This document shows positions 1 through 9,065 of a DNA stretch of 64,000 bases, one piece after another. The stretch is from IMG/VR virus record IMGVR_UViG_3300003323_000567, positions 32,001 through 96,000 of that record. The stretch is one strand, 5' to 3'. The position numbers and the translations under genes were made by a program. Every line of letters starts with the position of its first letter. Position 1 is the stretch's first letter. Under the pieces are notes generated by a model. It did no database searches and was not told the origin of the DNA. It saw only the letters and a list, made by a program, of their open reading frames with translations. Source of the stretch: a virus.

Positions 1-1165
1 TAGAATCGAAGAACATTAATTTCTGGCAATCTTCTGGGAAAGAGTCAATATAGAACTCTACAGCTCTGGTCTCTATTGCATCACAATAAAAGTGAAGCTG
101 ATAAGGTGCTTTCCGAGATACATAATCCTCCTCAATAGGAAAGAACTCATTATCCAGTTTCTTCATTAGATTGCTCAGAGTTCCTTCATATAAGAAATCC
201 AGAGACAAGAGCTTTGCTAGTAAAGTATAGACTCTAGGATCAGTCCTCATATTTCCCACTCGTTCCACCACCGAAGTTCCCTTTCCTCCTGGAACCCAGG
301 GCTCTCTGTAGTCCTTACTTCTGATAATCTCACCATCTTTCGTTCCCTGAGGGATAGTACTTGACCCTTTAACGTCATCAAATAATCCGGCTTGCCTCCA
401 CCTTGGATCAATGGTTGGGAGCTTATAGGACGAATTAGTCGCTGCAGCAGCTTTACGAGCCTTTTCCTTAAGCTCTTTGGCCTCTTTGAGCTCTTGAAAT
501 CGACTCTTAAAAGAGTCCTCCACAGACTCCCCCGGCTTCAAGACCTCGCACTTGTATACATAAATAGCTTCACCTTCTTTCTTTCCCACCAGATTTTTCT
601 CTGTCTTCTTACCTTCCTGGTTCATGAAACTTATTGTAATCTTGTTCTCAGATGTGGTCTCTGCCTTGAAGGCAATCTTGGCACACATCTCATTACGATT
701 ATTTACGATAAGAGATACATAGAAATTGTGGAAGACACAATTATCAACCAATTCACTGTTATCTGTGCCAGAGAAGAATACTGCCATATTATTGTGGGAA
801 TGAATATGACCTTTCTTCATGGATAAAGCCTCAGGATTTGCCATCAGGAACTTGATCAGGTCTGGGTCAGCCGGATCATATTCTGTATATGCCTGAGTAC
901 CAATGTCTAAGAGGAATAAACCTTTGGCAATGATCTTAAAGTCTTCATTACCAAAGTCTCCTTCAGTTTCATAGAATAACATACCAGACCACTCATCGTT
1001 CCAGATTTCCTTACATAGGAAAGTTATCTGATTCTGCAGATCAGGAGTTATAAACAAGGGAACTACCTGACTTAATTCCTGCAGAGCTAAGCGCGGTTTT
1101 TGTGAGGTCTCGTGAGAGCTTTTTACAAGTCTCTTTTGTAATTTTTGGGTTTGCGAAGATTTCAT
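1..1165 (-). CDS. JAB/MPN-domain metallopeptidase (truncated by window start)
   Basis: Manual translation from ATG at 1165: MKSSQTQK...EWSGMLFY...GHIHSHNNMAVFFSGTD (JAMM E...HxH...SxxD motif). Frame still open at the window edge, so absent from the ORF track. Confidence 0.85.
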   Translation of the reverse strand, partial: MKSSQTQKLQKRLVKSSHETSQKPRLALQELSQVVPLFITPDLQNQITFLCKEIWNDEWSGMLFYETEGDFGNEDFKIIAKGLFLLDIGTQAYTEYDPADPDLIKFLMANPEALSMKKGHIHSHNNMAVFFSGTDNSELVDNCVFHNFYVSLIVNNRNEMCAKIAFKAETTSENKITISFMNQEGKKTEKNLVGKKEGEAIYVYKCEVLKPGESVEDSFKSRFQELKEAKELKEKARKAAAATNSSYKLPTIDPRWRQAGLFDDVKGSSTIPQGTKDGEIIRSKDYREPWVPGGKGTSVVERVGNMRTDPRVYTLLAKLLSLDFLYEGTLSNLMKKLDNEFFPIEEDYVSRKAPYQLHFYCDAIETRAVEFYIDSFPEDCQKLMFFDS

Positions 1166-2210
1166 TTGTGTGTGTTTGTGTTCTTTCAATTACTTCAAAT
1201 TCTATGTCCCGTCCCTTAAAATTCAGAACTGGTCCTCTTTCGAAAATAATGTTTCTAGTATCCTCGGGCATAGCGTAGTACTGCCCTGCATTATCCCTTA
1301 GGGCTAGGAAGAGAGAGTTTCTATCAATATGCCTATAGCCAAATAAGGTCTGCATATTCCAATGAGCAATCTTATCTGCCATCCATTTCTCAAGATCAAG
1401 GGTTGGAATAGCAGTAATAGCTCTTTCTTCCACATTAAACCTGAACAGATTCATAATATCAGAGACACTAAGCTCTCTTGCCATATTTGAAATAATGACA
1501 CTAGCTGCCTTTTTAGCCATGTAGTCAGGAAGACTGTTATATGTACTTAATCTATCACTCCTGCTAAAGACATTTTCCATAAACATATAAGGGTGACCTT
1601 CTTTGGACTCCCATTCCAGATAGTTCTTGATATGCATCAAGAGCATCATAAAGTTTTCCGATGTGAATCTGGTATTCAGGAGAGCCAAAACCTGGTTTAT
1701 TTCACCCACCCCTGTACAGAAAGTGTGAAATGTCATCACACTAGGACTTAACCTCGGTAAGTGAGAATGAACATAGGAGGACACAAATTCTGCCTCAGTC
1801 AGTGTAGTTCTCATACCTTGTATGTAGGATGCAAGTGTTCCATTAGGTCGAAGGAATAATCTCACATACATATTTCTGATAAGATGTTGATCCTTATCAT
1901 TTTTGATGGTGATTTCTGGAAAATGGATAAGGATTTGATAACTCATGCAATCTTGAACTTGGGTACGTAGATAAGAGGCAACTCTTAGAGGTTCCAATGT
2001 TACCAGATTCCTTTCTACCCCTTGCCATAGTCCTACTTGGTTTAGCATCCTGCTAACACTAAAGTAAGTAGGTTTGGCTATCTGATTCCTCTCTTCTCCA
2101 TAGACACTATTCAATATTGCCTTCATTTCTGCAAGTACCTCAAAGTTGGTTCCTTTTTCCACTTCCAGACATGCAGCTTCTATTTTTTCTTGTACTATTG
2201 TTGAAGACAT
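1041..2210 (-). CDS. putative prokaryotic E2-like conjugating protein
   Basis: YVHSHLP...FHTFCTGVG segment resembles the E2 His...catalytic Cys region; lies between the Ubl-like and JAB genes. Confidence 0.55.
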   Translation of the reverse strand: MSSTIVQEKIEAACLEVEKGTNFEVLAEMKAILNSVYGEERNQIAKPTYFSVSRMLNQVGLWQGVERNLVTLEPLRVASYLRTQVQDCMSYQILIHFPEITIKNDKDQHLIRNMYVRLFLRPNGTLASYIQGMRTTLTEAEFVSSYVHSHLPRLSPSVMTFHTFCTGVGEINQVLALLNTRFTSENFMMLLMHIKNYLEWESKEGHPYMFMENVFSRSDRLSTYNSLPDYMAKKAASVIISNMARELSVSDIMNLFRFNVEERAITAIPTLDLEKWMADKIAHWNMQTLFGYRHIDRNSLFLALRDNAGQYYAMPEDTRNIIFERGPVLNFKGRDIEFEVIERTQTHTNEIFANPKITKETCKKLSRDLTKTALSSAGIKSGSSLVYNS

Positions 2211-2211
2211 A

Positions 2212-2246
2212 ATAGAAAATTAGGGGAGATCCTAAGACCTCCCCTG
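2212..2246 (-). terminator. hairpin, possible intrinsic terminator
   Basis: AGGGGAGGTC-TTAG-GATCTCCCCT followed by AATTTTCT on the minus strand. Confidence 0.45.
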
Positions 2247-2252
2247 TTTAAA

Positions 2253-2783
2253 TTAACCAAATATTTCCATATTCTTCTGCAACTTTGCAGCTTCTGCCCT
2301 TAGGGAAGCCAGGACTGGGTCGGTAGGAGTGGGTAATGGGGCTCTACCTGCTCTCTTTGTTGTACTGGTCAATACATCAATAGCCTTTTCCAGCAAAGCA
2401 AAAGCACGTTTAGCCCTAGCAATTGCCAGATCTTTGCTACTTTTAAAGATAAAATTGCCAGAATCAGGATCTTCTTCTGACCAGTCTTCATCTTCCCAAC
2501 CAGTCGTGTCTTCCATGTCTGCATCCTCATCAATCAGTTCATCATCAGAATAGCCACTTTTAACCTTTTGTGGCATTAGGAATAACTGAAATTCACCCTC
2601 AGGGAGCTCAGCCTGTAAGCTTTCCAGAGTTACCTGACCAGGATTGGTCATTGCCTTTAATCCTTCAAAACGAACTCCTGCAGATGCCAGATCAGATTGG
2701 AGATCTCCCCAGGTTGTTGCATTTGAGAAAACTTCTTTCATGTTGTCACCAAGAGTACTGTAAGTTACGATTCTACGTGCCAT
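2253..2783 (-). CDS. ubiquitin-like (beta-grasp) protein with acidic and helical C-terminal extension
   Basis: ~77-aa N-terminal domain (ATTWGDLQ...LPEGEFQLFLMPQKVKSG) ending in Gly, then an acidic linker; adjacent to E2-like and JAB genes. Confidence 0.6.
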   Translation of the reverse strand: MARRIVTYSTLGDNMKEVFSNATTWGDLQSDLASAGVRFEGLKAMTNPGQVTLESLQAELPEGEFQLFLMPQKVKSGYSDDELIDEDADMEDTTGWEDEDWSEEDPDSGNFIFKSSKDLAIARAKRAFALLEKAIDVLTSTTKRAGRAPLPTPTDPVLASLRAEAAKLQKNMEIFG

Positions 2784-2803
2784 ATTGCTTCTTTTTTTAA
2801 TGT

Positions 2804-3328
2804 TTAGCTAAATAATTGTTCTCTACTTGTCACTACTGGAGCAGGTTCTCCAGCATTTGTTACCACTACATCTTGTACAGGAGCAAAACTCCCTCTGGAG
2901 AGACCCTCTGCTATTGGAGCAGGAGTTGCCTCTCTATCCACAATATTTAACTGTATTGGAGGAATTGTTTTCTTGTTCCTCAGCTTTGAATGTTTGAAGA
3001 GCTGTACAATCTGGCCTGGGGTCAGATTATAATACTGCTGGATACTTCCATATCCCTTATCATCCTTTGCCAGCCTTGTATAGCCTCGTTTCAAAAGATC
3101 CAATACATCTTGTACCACAATCTCTGGTGCTGTGCTTGAACTCATATTACTTGAATTATTAGTGTCAGTTCTCTGATACTTTCTCCCTTGGGCTCTGTAC
3201 TCTTCACTAATCTGATCCTCCAGATCCCTTTGTACATATGTTCTAGTCTTTTCTGACCTTTCCTCCAACTCCTGTCCTTCTTTCAGGAGTCCTAACCTCC
3301 TCAGTTCTTCCAACATCAAGTTGTCCAT
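2804..3328 (-). CDS. hypothetical protein
   Basis: 174-aa ORF in operon. Confidence 0.7.
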   Translation of the reverse strand: MDNLMLEELRRLGLLKEGQELEERSEKTRTYVQRDLEDQISEEYRAQGRKYQRTDTNNSSNMSSSTAPEIVVQDVLDLLKRGYTRLAKDDKGYGSIQQYYNLTPGQIVQLFKHSKLRNKKTIPPIQLNIVDREATPAPIAEGLSRGSFAPVQDVVVTNAGEPAPVVTSREQLFS

Positions 3329-4037
3329 ATACCCAGTTTATTTGTTCCTCATTACAATTCTTCAAGATCTTATTGATCTTGGTGAAAATCTTATCATGCT
3401 CCCACTCCCTTCCCTTATGAGCAGCTGCTGCAGGATGTTCTACTTCAAAACCCCAGTGTAGAAAAGGAACAATAGTTTTTGCCATAATGTGAGCATTTTT
3501 CCCAAAAGAAACATATACAAGCCCTTTTGTATAGAAATTGATCACATTCTCAAAGAGATAGTTAATGAACTTGTCCCACCTACCCCCATGGGAAGATGGT
3601 TTGCTCATTTCCACAGTTAAGCTGGTATTAAGGAGCAGGATACCTTGTTGGGCTAAATAGGACAGATCTGGTTGTCTTGGAACCTTTACTCCCAAATCAT
3701 CTTCCATACCTTGATAGAATAGCTCAAGAGAAGGCTGACATACCCCTGTATTGCTACAGCTCATTGCCATTCCATCTGCAGTATAAATCCTCTTGCCATT
3801 ATGATCAAGTTTTACCCATGGATATGGATCCTGGAGTATAAAGACTGCCCTTAGCTTAGAAAAAGGACATTCTCTGAATGCTCTGAAAGTATTAGAATGC
3901 TCTGGGCATATAATCTTCCCTTCTCTAGCCTCAGCCTTTAGGAATTTATATATGTCATCAAAGTCTTGAGATTCAATGAATTCCCTAAATTTGGGAGCCC
4001 AATCTCCTAGCTGTGGTGCTATTTTTTCGTATTCCAT
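3243..4037 (-). CDS. ung: uracil-DNA glycosylase (family 1)
   Basis: QDPYP, ILLLN and HPAA motifs. Confidence 0.9.
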   Translation of the reverse strand: MEYEKIAPQLGDWAPKFREFIESQDFDDIYKFLKAEAREGKIICPEHSNTFRAFRECPFSKLRAVFILQDPYPWVKLDHNGKRIYTADGMAMSCSNTGVCQPSLELFYQGMEDDLGVKVPRQPDLSYLAQQGILLLNTSLTVEMSKPSSHGGRWDKFINYLFENVINFYTKGLVYVSFGKNAHIMAKTIVPFLHWGFEVEHPAAAAHKGREWEHDKIFTKINKILKNCNEEQINWVYGQLDVGRTEEVRTPERRTGVGGKVRKD

Positions 4038-4618
4038 TAGGTTAACCTCCAGACGGCTACTTGATTATTACCAATCCTGTCTACATAGAACTTCTTATCT
4101 GTGTCCATTAGAGAGACAAAGCTATTCACTCCTGCTCTAGCCATTGAGATCTTTCTTGATATATTATCCTCAGTGCAATCATCAAATATCACAATATGAT
4201 CTCCTACTTGCATGGCTTTGAGTGGTAAAGACCTGTAATTGAAATACTTTGCCTTTTTCTTCTCTACTTGTGCAGAGCTCACAGGAGCTGAAACATCTTT
4301 CTTAATCTCAAAAGATGAGCTCTTTTGCTTCTCAGAAGAAGAATTAGAGCTTTGTGTACTTTTGCGAACAACTCCTTCAACAGCATATCTTACAGGCTTA
4401 AAATAGGCTTTATCAGCAATTTCTCCTATTCTCTCAAGAGATAGTCCATCAAGTGGGATTGTGCCTGTTCCATCAGTGTGGATAATAAAGCATCTTTCTC
4501 CCCTGATCTCCATGTCTCCAGGCTTATTTCTGTAAAGCCCGCAGCTCTTTACCTTTTCTGTGATATACTTCACTGCATCCTTTTTTAAGTCTGCAATGCG
4601 AGATCCATATGAAATCAT
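4037..4618 (-). CDS. hypothetical protein
   Basis: 193-aa ORF coupled to neighbours. Confidence 0.7.
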   Translation of the reverse strand: MISYGSRIADLKKDAVKYITEKVKSCGLYRNKPGDMEIRGERCFIIHTDGTGTIPLDGLSLERIGEIADKAYFKPVRYAVEGVVRKSTQSSNSSSEKQKSSSFEIKKDVSAPVSSAQVEKKKAKYFNYRSLPLKAMQVGDHIVIFDDCTEDNISRKISMARAGVNSFVSLMDTDKKFYVDRIGNNQVAVWRLT

Positions 4619-5613
4619 ATAACACCTTTTTGTTTAAAATGATTAATAACTGTCTCTAAACCATGATACTTTGCTAAATCAGCAAAGTCCTTTATCACTT
4701 TGCCTTCAGGTGTGATGAACCCTTTCGGACAATTTATCCATTTGAATCCAAACTGATTATAGTACTTACATGCTTGCACACCTACATCATCACTATCGAA
4801 GTTAAGATAAGTAGTCGAGCAGTTCTTGTTTATGAGATCTATATTTTCTTTTGTAATAGCTATCTCACTCTCACTCTGTACTGAGGCCACATTTGGAAGA
4901 AACTTAGCTAAGACCATCTCATCCTTCTTGGACTTGGTTATTACACCTGTCTTGCAATTGTTTATTATCTTACTTAGGTTACTAATATATCTATTCGGAA
5001 CATTAGTAAGCCATTTGTTCCTCTTATCCCCTAAGGGTCTGTAGATCTTCCACTTATCTTTATTATCCCCCATGAGATAGCCAAATACCATATCAGTAGG
5101 AGGTATCATTATCCTCTCCCTATCAAGATAGAGCTTCTTCACAGCATATACATCATTTTCCTTAAGCTCTTTCTCTGTAATATGAAAGGATTTCCAATAA
5201 GCTAATTCAGAGCTATCAAACCTTCTGGTGACAACCTGGATTAAATAATCCTTTTTTGGTAATGAGTCTGTGATAGCCACTCTCTGCTTCTTTTCCTCTG
5301 GGCAGCTATATGCCCCAAGGTCTCTGGCAATCATTTTAAGAGCGGCCCAATAGCTCATTCCCATATATAGCTGTCTGACAAAATCCACACAATCTCCTCT
5401 CTTTGTAGGGTCTCCATAATCTAGGTGATGTAATCTCCCTGATTTTGAGACTATTATAGAGAAGCTGGGATCATTCTCCTTTCTGAAAGGGGAGCAGAAT
5501 GTTCTTCCAAGCACAAAGTCATGGCCAACATAGTACCTATATATCTCATAGTCGCTCACCTTCTCAAGTATAGCTTCGATAGTAAGATCTACTTTCTTTG
5601 CTCCTTTTACCAT
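4615..5613 (-). CDS. DNA primase (crAss-type)
   Basis: CSPFRKENDPSF zinc-finger-like N-terminus; TOPRIM-like ITKSKKD and FDSDDVG; C-terminal KDFAD. Confidence 0.85.
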   Translation of the reverse strand: MVKGAKKVDLTIEAILEKVSDYEIYRYYVGHDFVLGRTFCSPFRKENDPSFSIIVSKSGRLHHLDYGDPTKRGDCVDFVRQLYMGMSYWAALKMIARDLGAYSCPEEKKQRVAITDSLPKKDYLIQVVTRRFDSSELAYWKSFHITEKELKENDVYAVKKLYLDRERIMIPPTDMVFGYLMGDNKDKWKIYRPLGDKRNKWLTNVPNRYISNLSKIINNCKTGVITKSKKDEMVLAKFLPNVASVQSESEIAITKENIDLINKNCSTTYLNFDSDDVGVQACKYYNQFGFKWINCPKGFITPEGKVIKDFADLAKYHGLETVINHFKQKGVI

Positions 5614-5682
5614 GATACGAAGTTAAAATAAAAAGCCCAGAGGTGGACACCTCCAGGCTAAATGAAAACAACACGAATATAA

Positions 5683-6531
5683 TTAGTAACTTGTATCATC
5701 CTCAGAAATCACAGCACTTCCAGCTGTAATGTTCTTAGAAGGATCATATGGAGTTAATTCTCCAAGTGTAAAATGATCCTTGATTCCATACTGAGGATCA
5801 GTGATGTTCAGAACAAACTTCTGAAGCTTGCTCCTTTTCTTCTTCTCAGTAGCCTTAGCTCCTTCAATGAAGTTGTCATCAATTTTCCTCAATCTGATCT
5901 GCTTCATGGCATATCCAGGCAGGAATTCCTTATTATACACCTGTTCATACTCCATCGGTTGACCTTCTTTGTCAACAGTCCTCATTGTAACAAGGCAGCA
6001 AATTGTGCCGCTATATTCACCATTTATCTCCTGAGAGATCTCTTTAACATTTCCTTTCATCAGTTTAGACCAGTCAAAGGCTAAGACTGTCTCGGCATCT
6101 CTGGTATCAAGCTTGTTCAGCCAGGTAACAGCAAAATTATAGAGCTCTTCCTCACCTTCATGGGCCACTCTATATGGTCTGGATGCAAACCATTCAGCAA
6201 GATTCTTGGGGTTATCTGCCCAAGTAGTCATACCAACATCATTGATATACTGCTTCTTGGTTTTATCCTTATTCTCCTTCTCCACATCTTTCAAAAAGAA
6301 TCTGATATTCCTAAGTTCTCCACTTTTCACATCTTTTACCCATGCCACAACATTAACCTTTGTTTTCCCACTTTCATCCTTACTTAAGTATTCTGGATCT
6401 TTCTCCAGGGTAGTACTGAGAATCTTCTCCAATTTCTCCCGATCGGGATTAATAGCTATTACTTCCCCTTCGAAGAACCCAGTTTTCTTTACAAACTCCT
6501 TTTGCTCTCTTGCTTTACCTTTGATACTCAT
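5683..6531 (-). CDS. replication-module protein, putative ssDNA-binding protein
   Basis: VIAINP motif, acidic tail, located between AAA ATPase and primase. Confidence 0.5.
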   Translation of the reverse strand: MSIKGKAREQKEFVKKTGFFEGEVIAINPDREKLEKILSTTLEKDPEYLSKDESGKTKVNVVAWVKDVKSGELRNIRFFLKDVEKENKDKTKKQYINDVGMTTWADNPKNLAEWFASRPYRVAHEGEEELYNFAVTWLNKLDTRDAETVLAFDWSKLMKGNVKEISQEINGEYSGTICCLVTMRTVDKEGQPMEYEQVYNKEFLPGYAMKQIRLRKIDDNFIEGAKATEKKKRSKLQKFVLNITDPQYGIKDHFTLGELTPYDPSKNITAGSAVISEDDTSY

Positions 6532-6535
6532 ATTC

Positions 6536-7099
6536 TTATTTTGTTTTATACTTGATACCCCTGATGATCATCCAGTTTATGGTTCTTGGATCCACCTGCC
6601 TTGTTCTGGAGTCATAGTCTGGCTTGGTCTCGTCTTTGGCAATCTCCATATCAATAAAGCTTACCCGGCCAAATTCATTTTGAGAACCGTAATGCCTTCC
6701 TACCATTGTTCTCTCTTTACCTGTAATAACAGAAGAGATGATGTCTTTTACCTTGGTCTTATAATCGGCCTCACTGAGCATTTTTCCACCTTTGTTCGGG
6801 TAGATCTGAGCTAACTGGTCAACAGCATCCTTTTCTTTTACCTGGGTGTTGAAGTTAACAGTCATAGCCACCCCTGGGGAAGCTAGGAATATGGCTGCGG
6901 CTTCAGTTCTAGTAATTACTTGCTCCTTTTCGAACTGTGTTGCTGAGGTAAGTAGACTTTCTACATAACCCCTGTTCAACACAATATCCTCTCCACTATC
7001 TGCCTTTAATTGAACCCTGTCCCCAGCAATCTTAACTACAGAATAGTACTGAGTTTCACTCAGTTTCTCTCCTACTTTTAGGTCTTTGAATTTTGTCAT
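6536..7099 (-). CDS. hypothetical protein
   Basis: 187-aa ORF. Confidence 0.75.
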   Translation of the reverse strand: MTKFKDLKVGEKLSETQYYSVVKIAGDRVQLKADSGEDIVLNRGYVESLLTSATQFEKEQVITRTEAAAIFLASPGVAMTVNFNTQVKEKDAVDQLAQIYPNKGGKMLSEADYKTKVKDIISSVITGKERTMVGRHYGSQNEFGRVSFIDMEIAKDETKPDYDSRTRQVDPRTINWMIIRGIKYKTK

Positions 7100-7109
7100 A
7101 TGTGAGTTT

Positions 7110-7946
7110 TTATAATGTACCTGTTTCTTTTGAGAAGAATCCTATTGTAACATCTTCTCCACGAGAAGCTGCTACTCTATACTTGGCAGTTGCCTTAGTA
7201 GACATCATATAGGTATGCCCAATACTCTCAGCAGTATTCTTGTGAGCCAATGTATTACTTGTATCAATAGACAGAAGCCTAATAACATAAGCAACATCTT
7301 CCTCTGTACCAACAAAGGTTACAGTAAAGCCTTTAGCTTCACATTGTTTGATGAGATCAGATATTGCTTTAGGATTTTTCCACGGAGAATCAAATGAGGT
7401 TGAGTTCTCCTGACCATCTGTGAAGATTTTAACAAGAACTTTGTCTTTGCCATTGGCTTCAGAAAGGAGCTTGGTAAGAGTGTCCCCCAAGGTCTGAAGC
7501 AGGGCTGTAGTACCCCTTGTTCTTCCACTAAATGGCTTAGCCTCTCCCAGAGGGGTCTTCCAGCAGAATGTCTGGATATCATATGGATCAGAGAAGTGAA
7601 CAATTGTCTGAGTTACCTCAGTGCTATTATCTTTCTTCATTTCATCCATTTCTGAATTGATACCTTCTATTGCAGTGTTGAACTTGGCTCCTTGCATTGA
7701 GCCTGAGGCATCTAGGATATGAACATTATGTACAGTGATACGTTCTATCACCTGAGCCTTTTTTGAGGCTTTTTTTCTCGTTTTCTTAACAGTAGCCACT
7801 GGTTCAGTAGGTCCAGCTATCATAGACTTTAAATAAGTCTCATATTTTTCTACTGTAGAGAAGCCAAATTTGACTGCCAGTTTTTCTCTGGCAGTCGTAT
7901 TGGCCTTCTTGAAATCCTCTAAGAGTCTCTCGAAGATCTTACTCAT
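7110..7946 (-). CDS. vWA domain protein
   Basis: MIDAS DASGS, GTTAL, FTDGQEN. Confidence 0.85.
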   Translation of the reverse strand: MSKIFERLLEDFKKANTTAREKLAVKFGFSTVEKYETYLKSMIAGPTEPVATVKKTRKKASKKAQVIERITVHNVHILDASGSMQGAKFNTAIEGINSEMDEMKKDNSTEVTQTIVHFSDPYDIQTFCWKTPLGEAKPFSGRTRGTTALLQTLGDTLTKLLSEANGKDKVLVKIFTDGQENSTSFDSPWKNPKAISDLIKQCEAKGFTVTFVGTEEDVAYVIRLLSIDTSNTLAHKNTAESIGHTYMMSTKATAKYRVAASRGEDVTIGFFSKETGTL

Positions 7947-7961
7947 ATTTGATTTTTTTTA

Positions 7962-8657
7962 TTAATTGAACAATGCTTCTGTATCAGCCACTTGTCTCTC
8001 GGACTTCTTTGCAAATTCTATTACTTTTGTCAGTACTTCATTGCTATCATTAGGTATCTTGTACACATCTTCTCCAAATATACCTGGAGGACATTTTGCA
8101 CTTGTACCTTCTGCAGCCAGCTTAAAGAAGTACTTTGGCTTCTCATTCTCAAACTTACTATCAGCATACAGGACTATGGTAAATTCTTTCTCTATCATTC
8201 CTTCCCACTCTTTACCCTTAGTCTTAATCCGTTTCTCAGGCTCTCCCTCAATATTGATCACTTCATAGTGACCAGTGAGGAACATTTCCTTTTCCACAGA
8301 CTTGATCAGATTCATAAATTTACTAATACCCCTGTTGTAATTATCCCACACGTCAAACCCCCTGAAATTAGCTCTCATTTCATCCAGCAACATCTCAAAT
8401 ATTGCTGACATGCTATCAACCACAATGCAATTGATCTCAGGATTCTTGTTGTAATCCTCGATAGCCTTCAAAGCTCCTGCGAACTTCTTTGGCTTTGCAT
8501 AGTGTTTAAAGCTCTTCTCGAAAGGGAGAGGCTTATTCTCAGCATTCACATAACCAGTAGTTGTCTCTGGCATGTTTCTGAAGCTGTGAGTCTTACCTTT
8601 CCCTGGGGGGCTTACCAAGCAAATCTTGTGATAATCTCTGATAGTTTTTGTAGCCAT
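7962..8657 (-). CDS. AAA-family ATPase (Sak4/AAA_24-like)
   Basis: Walker A PPGKGKT, Walker B IVVDS. Confidence 0.85.
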   Translation of the reverse strand: MATKTIRDYHKICLVSPPGKGKTHSFRNMPETTTGYVNAENKPLPFEKSFKHYAKPKKFAGALKAIEDYNKNPEINCIVVDSMSAIFEMLLDEMRANFRGFDVWDNYNRGISKFMNLIKSVEKEMFLTGHYEVINIEGEPEKRIKTKGKEWEGMIEKEFTIVLYADSKFENEKPKYFFKLAAEGTSAKCPPGIFGEDVYKIPNDSNEVLTKVIEFAKKSERQVADTEALFN

Positions 8658-8665
8658 ATTTAGAA

Positions 8666-8857
8666 TTACAATTTAACATCTTCAAGAGTATCCCATCTCC
8701 ACATCTGATTGACATTTTTTAGCTTGAAACCCAAGAAGAATTGATTAGAAATATCAGGTGAAAAAGGTATCAAATTTACTTCTTTTTCCTGAGATTTCCT
8801 AATCTTTTCAAGGATTTCAGCCTTCCTTTTGCGGATTTTCTCCAATGTTTCTGTCAT
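8666..8857 (-). CDS. hypothetical protein
   Basis: 63-aa ORF in operon. Confidence 0.55.
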   Translation of the reverse strand: MTETLEKIRKRKAEILEKIRKSQEKEVNLIPFSPDISNQFFLGFKLKNVNQMWRWDTLEDVKL

Positions 8858-9065
8858 CTTTTAAAAGCATTTCGTGTCTAGTAATTACCTTTCCATAAAG
8901 TATACTTATGCTCACAAGATCCCTAAGAGCCTTGTTGAGGAATGCAGTGTTATATTCAGTTGTACCATAGACGCAGCAGATGTCTTCGATTATCTTTTCT
9001 GTCTGTTCTTCTGTGAATTGAATGGCTTCTATTGCAGAAAGTTGGGTTTCAAGTAAGCTTCTCAT
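8817..9065 (-). CDS. hypothetical protein
   Basis: 82-aa ORF in operon. Confidence 0.55.
   Translation of the reverse strand: MRSLLETQLSAIEAIQFTEEQTEKIIEDICCVYGTTEYNTAFLNKALRDLVSISILYGKVITRHEMLLKDDRNIGENPQKEG

Noticed and set aside
392-826. Plus-strand 144-aa ORF
   Set aside because: Antisense shadow of the JAB gene; the same applies to the many plus-strand ORFs between 2.3 and 48.6 kb.
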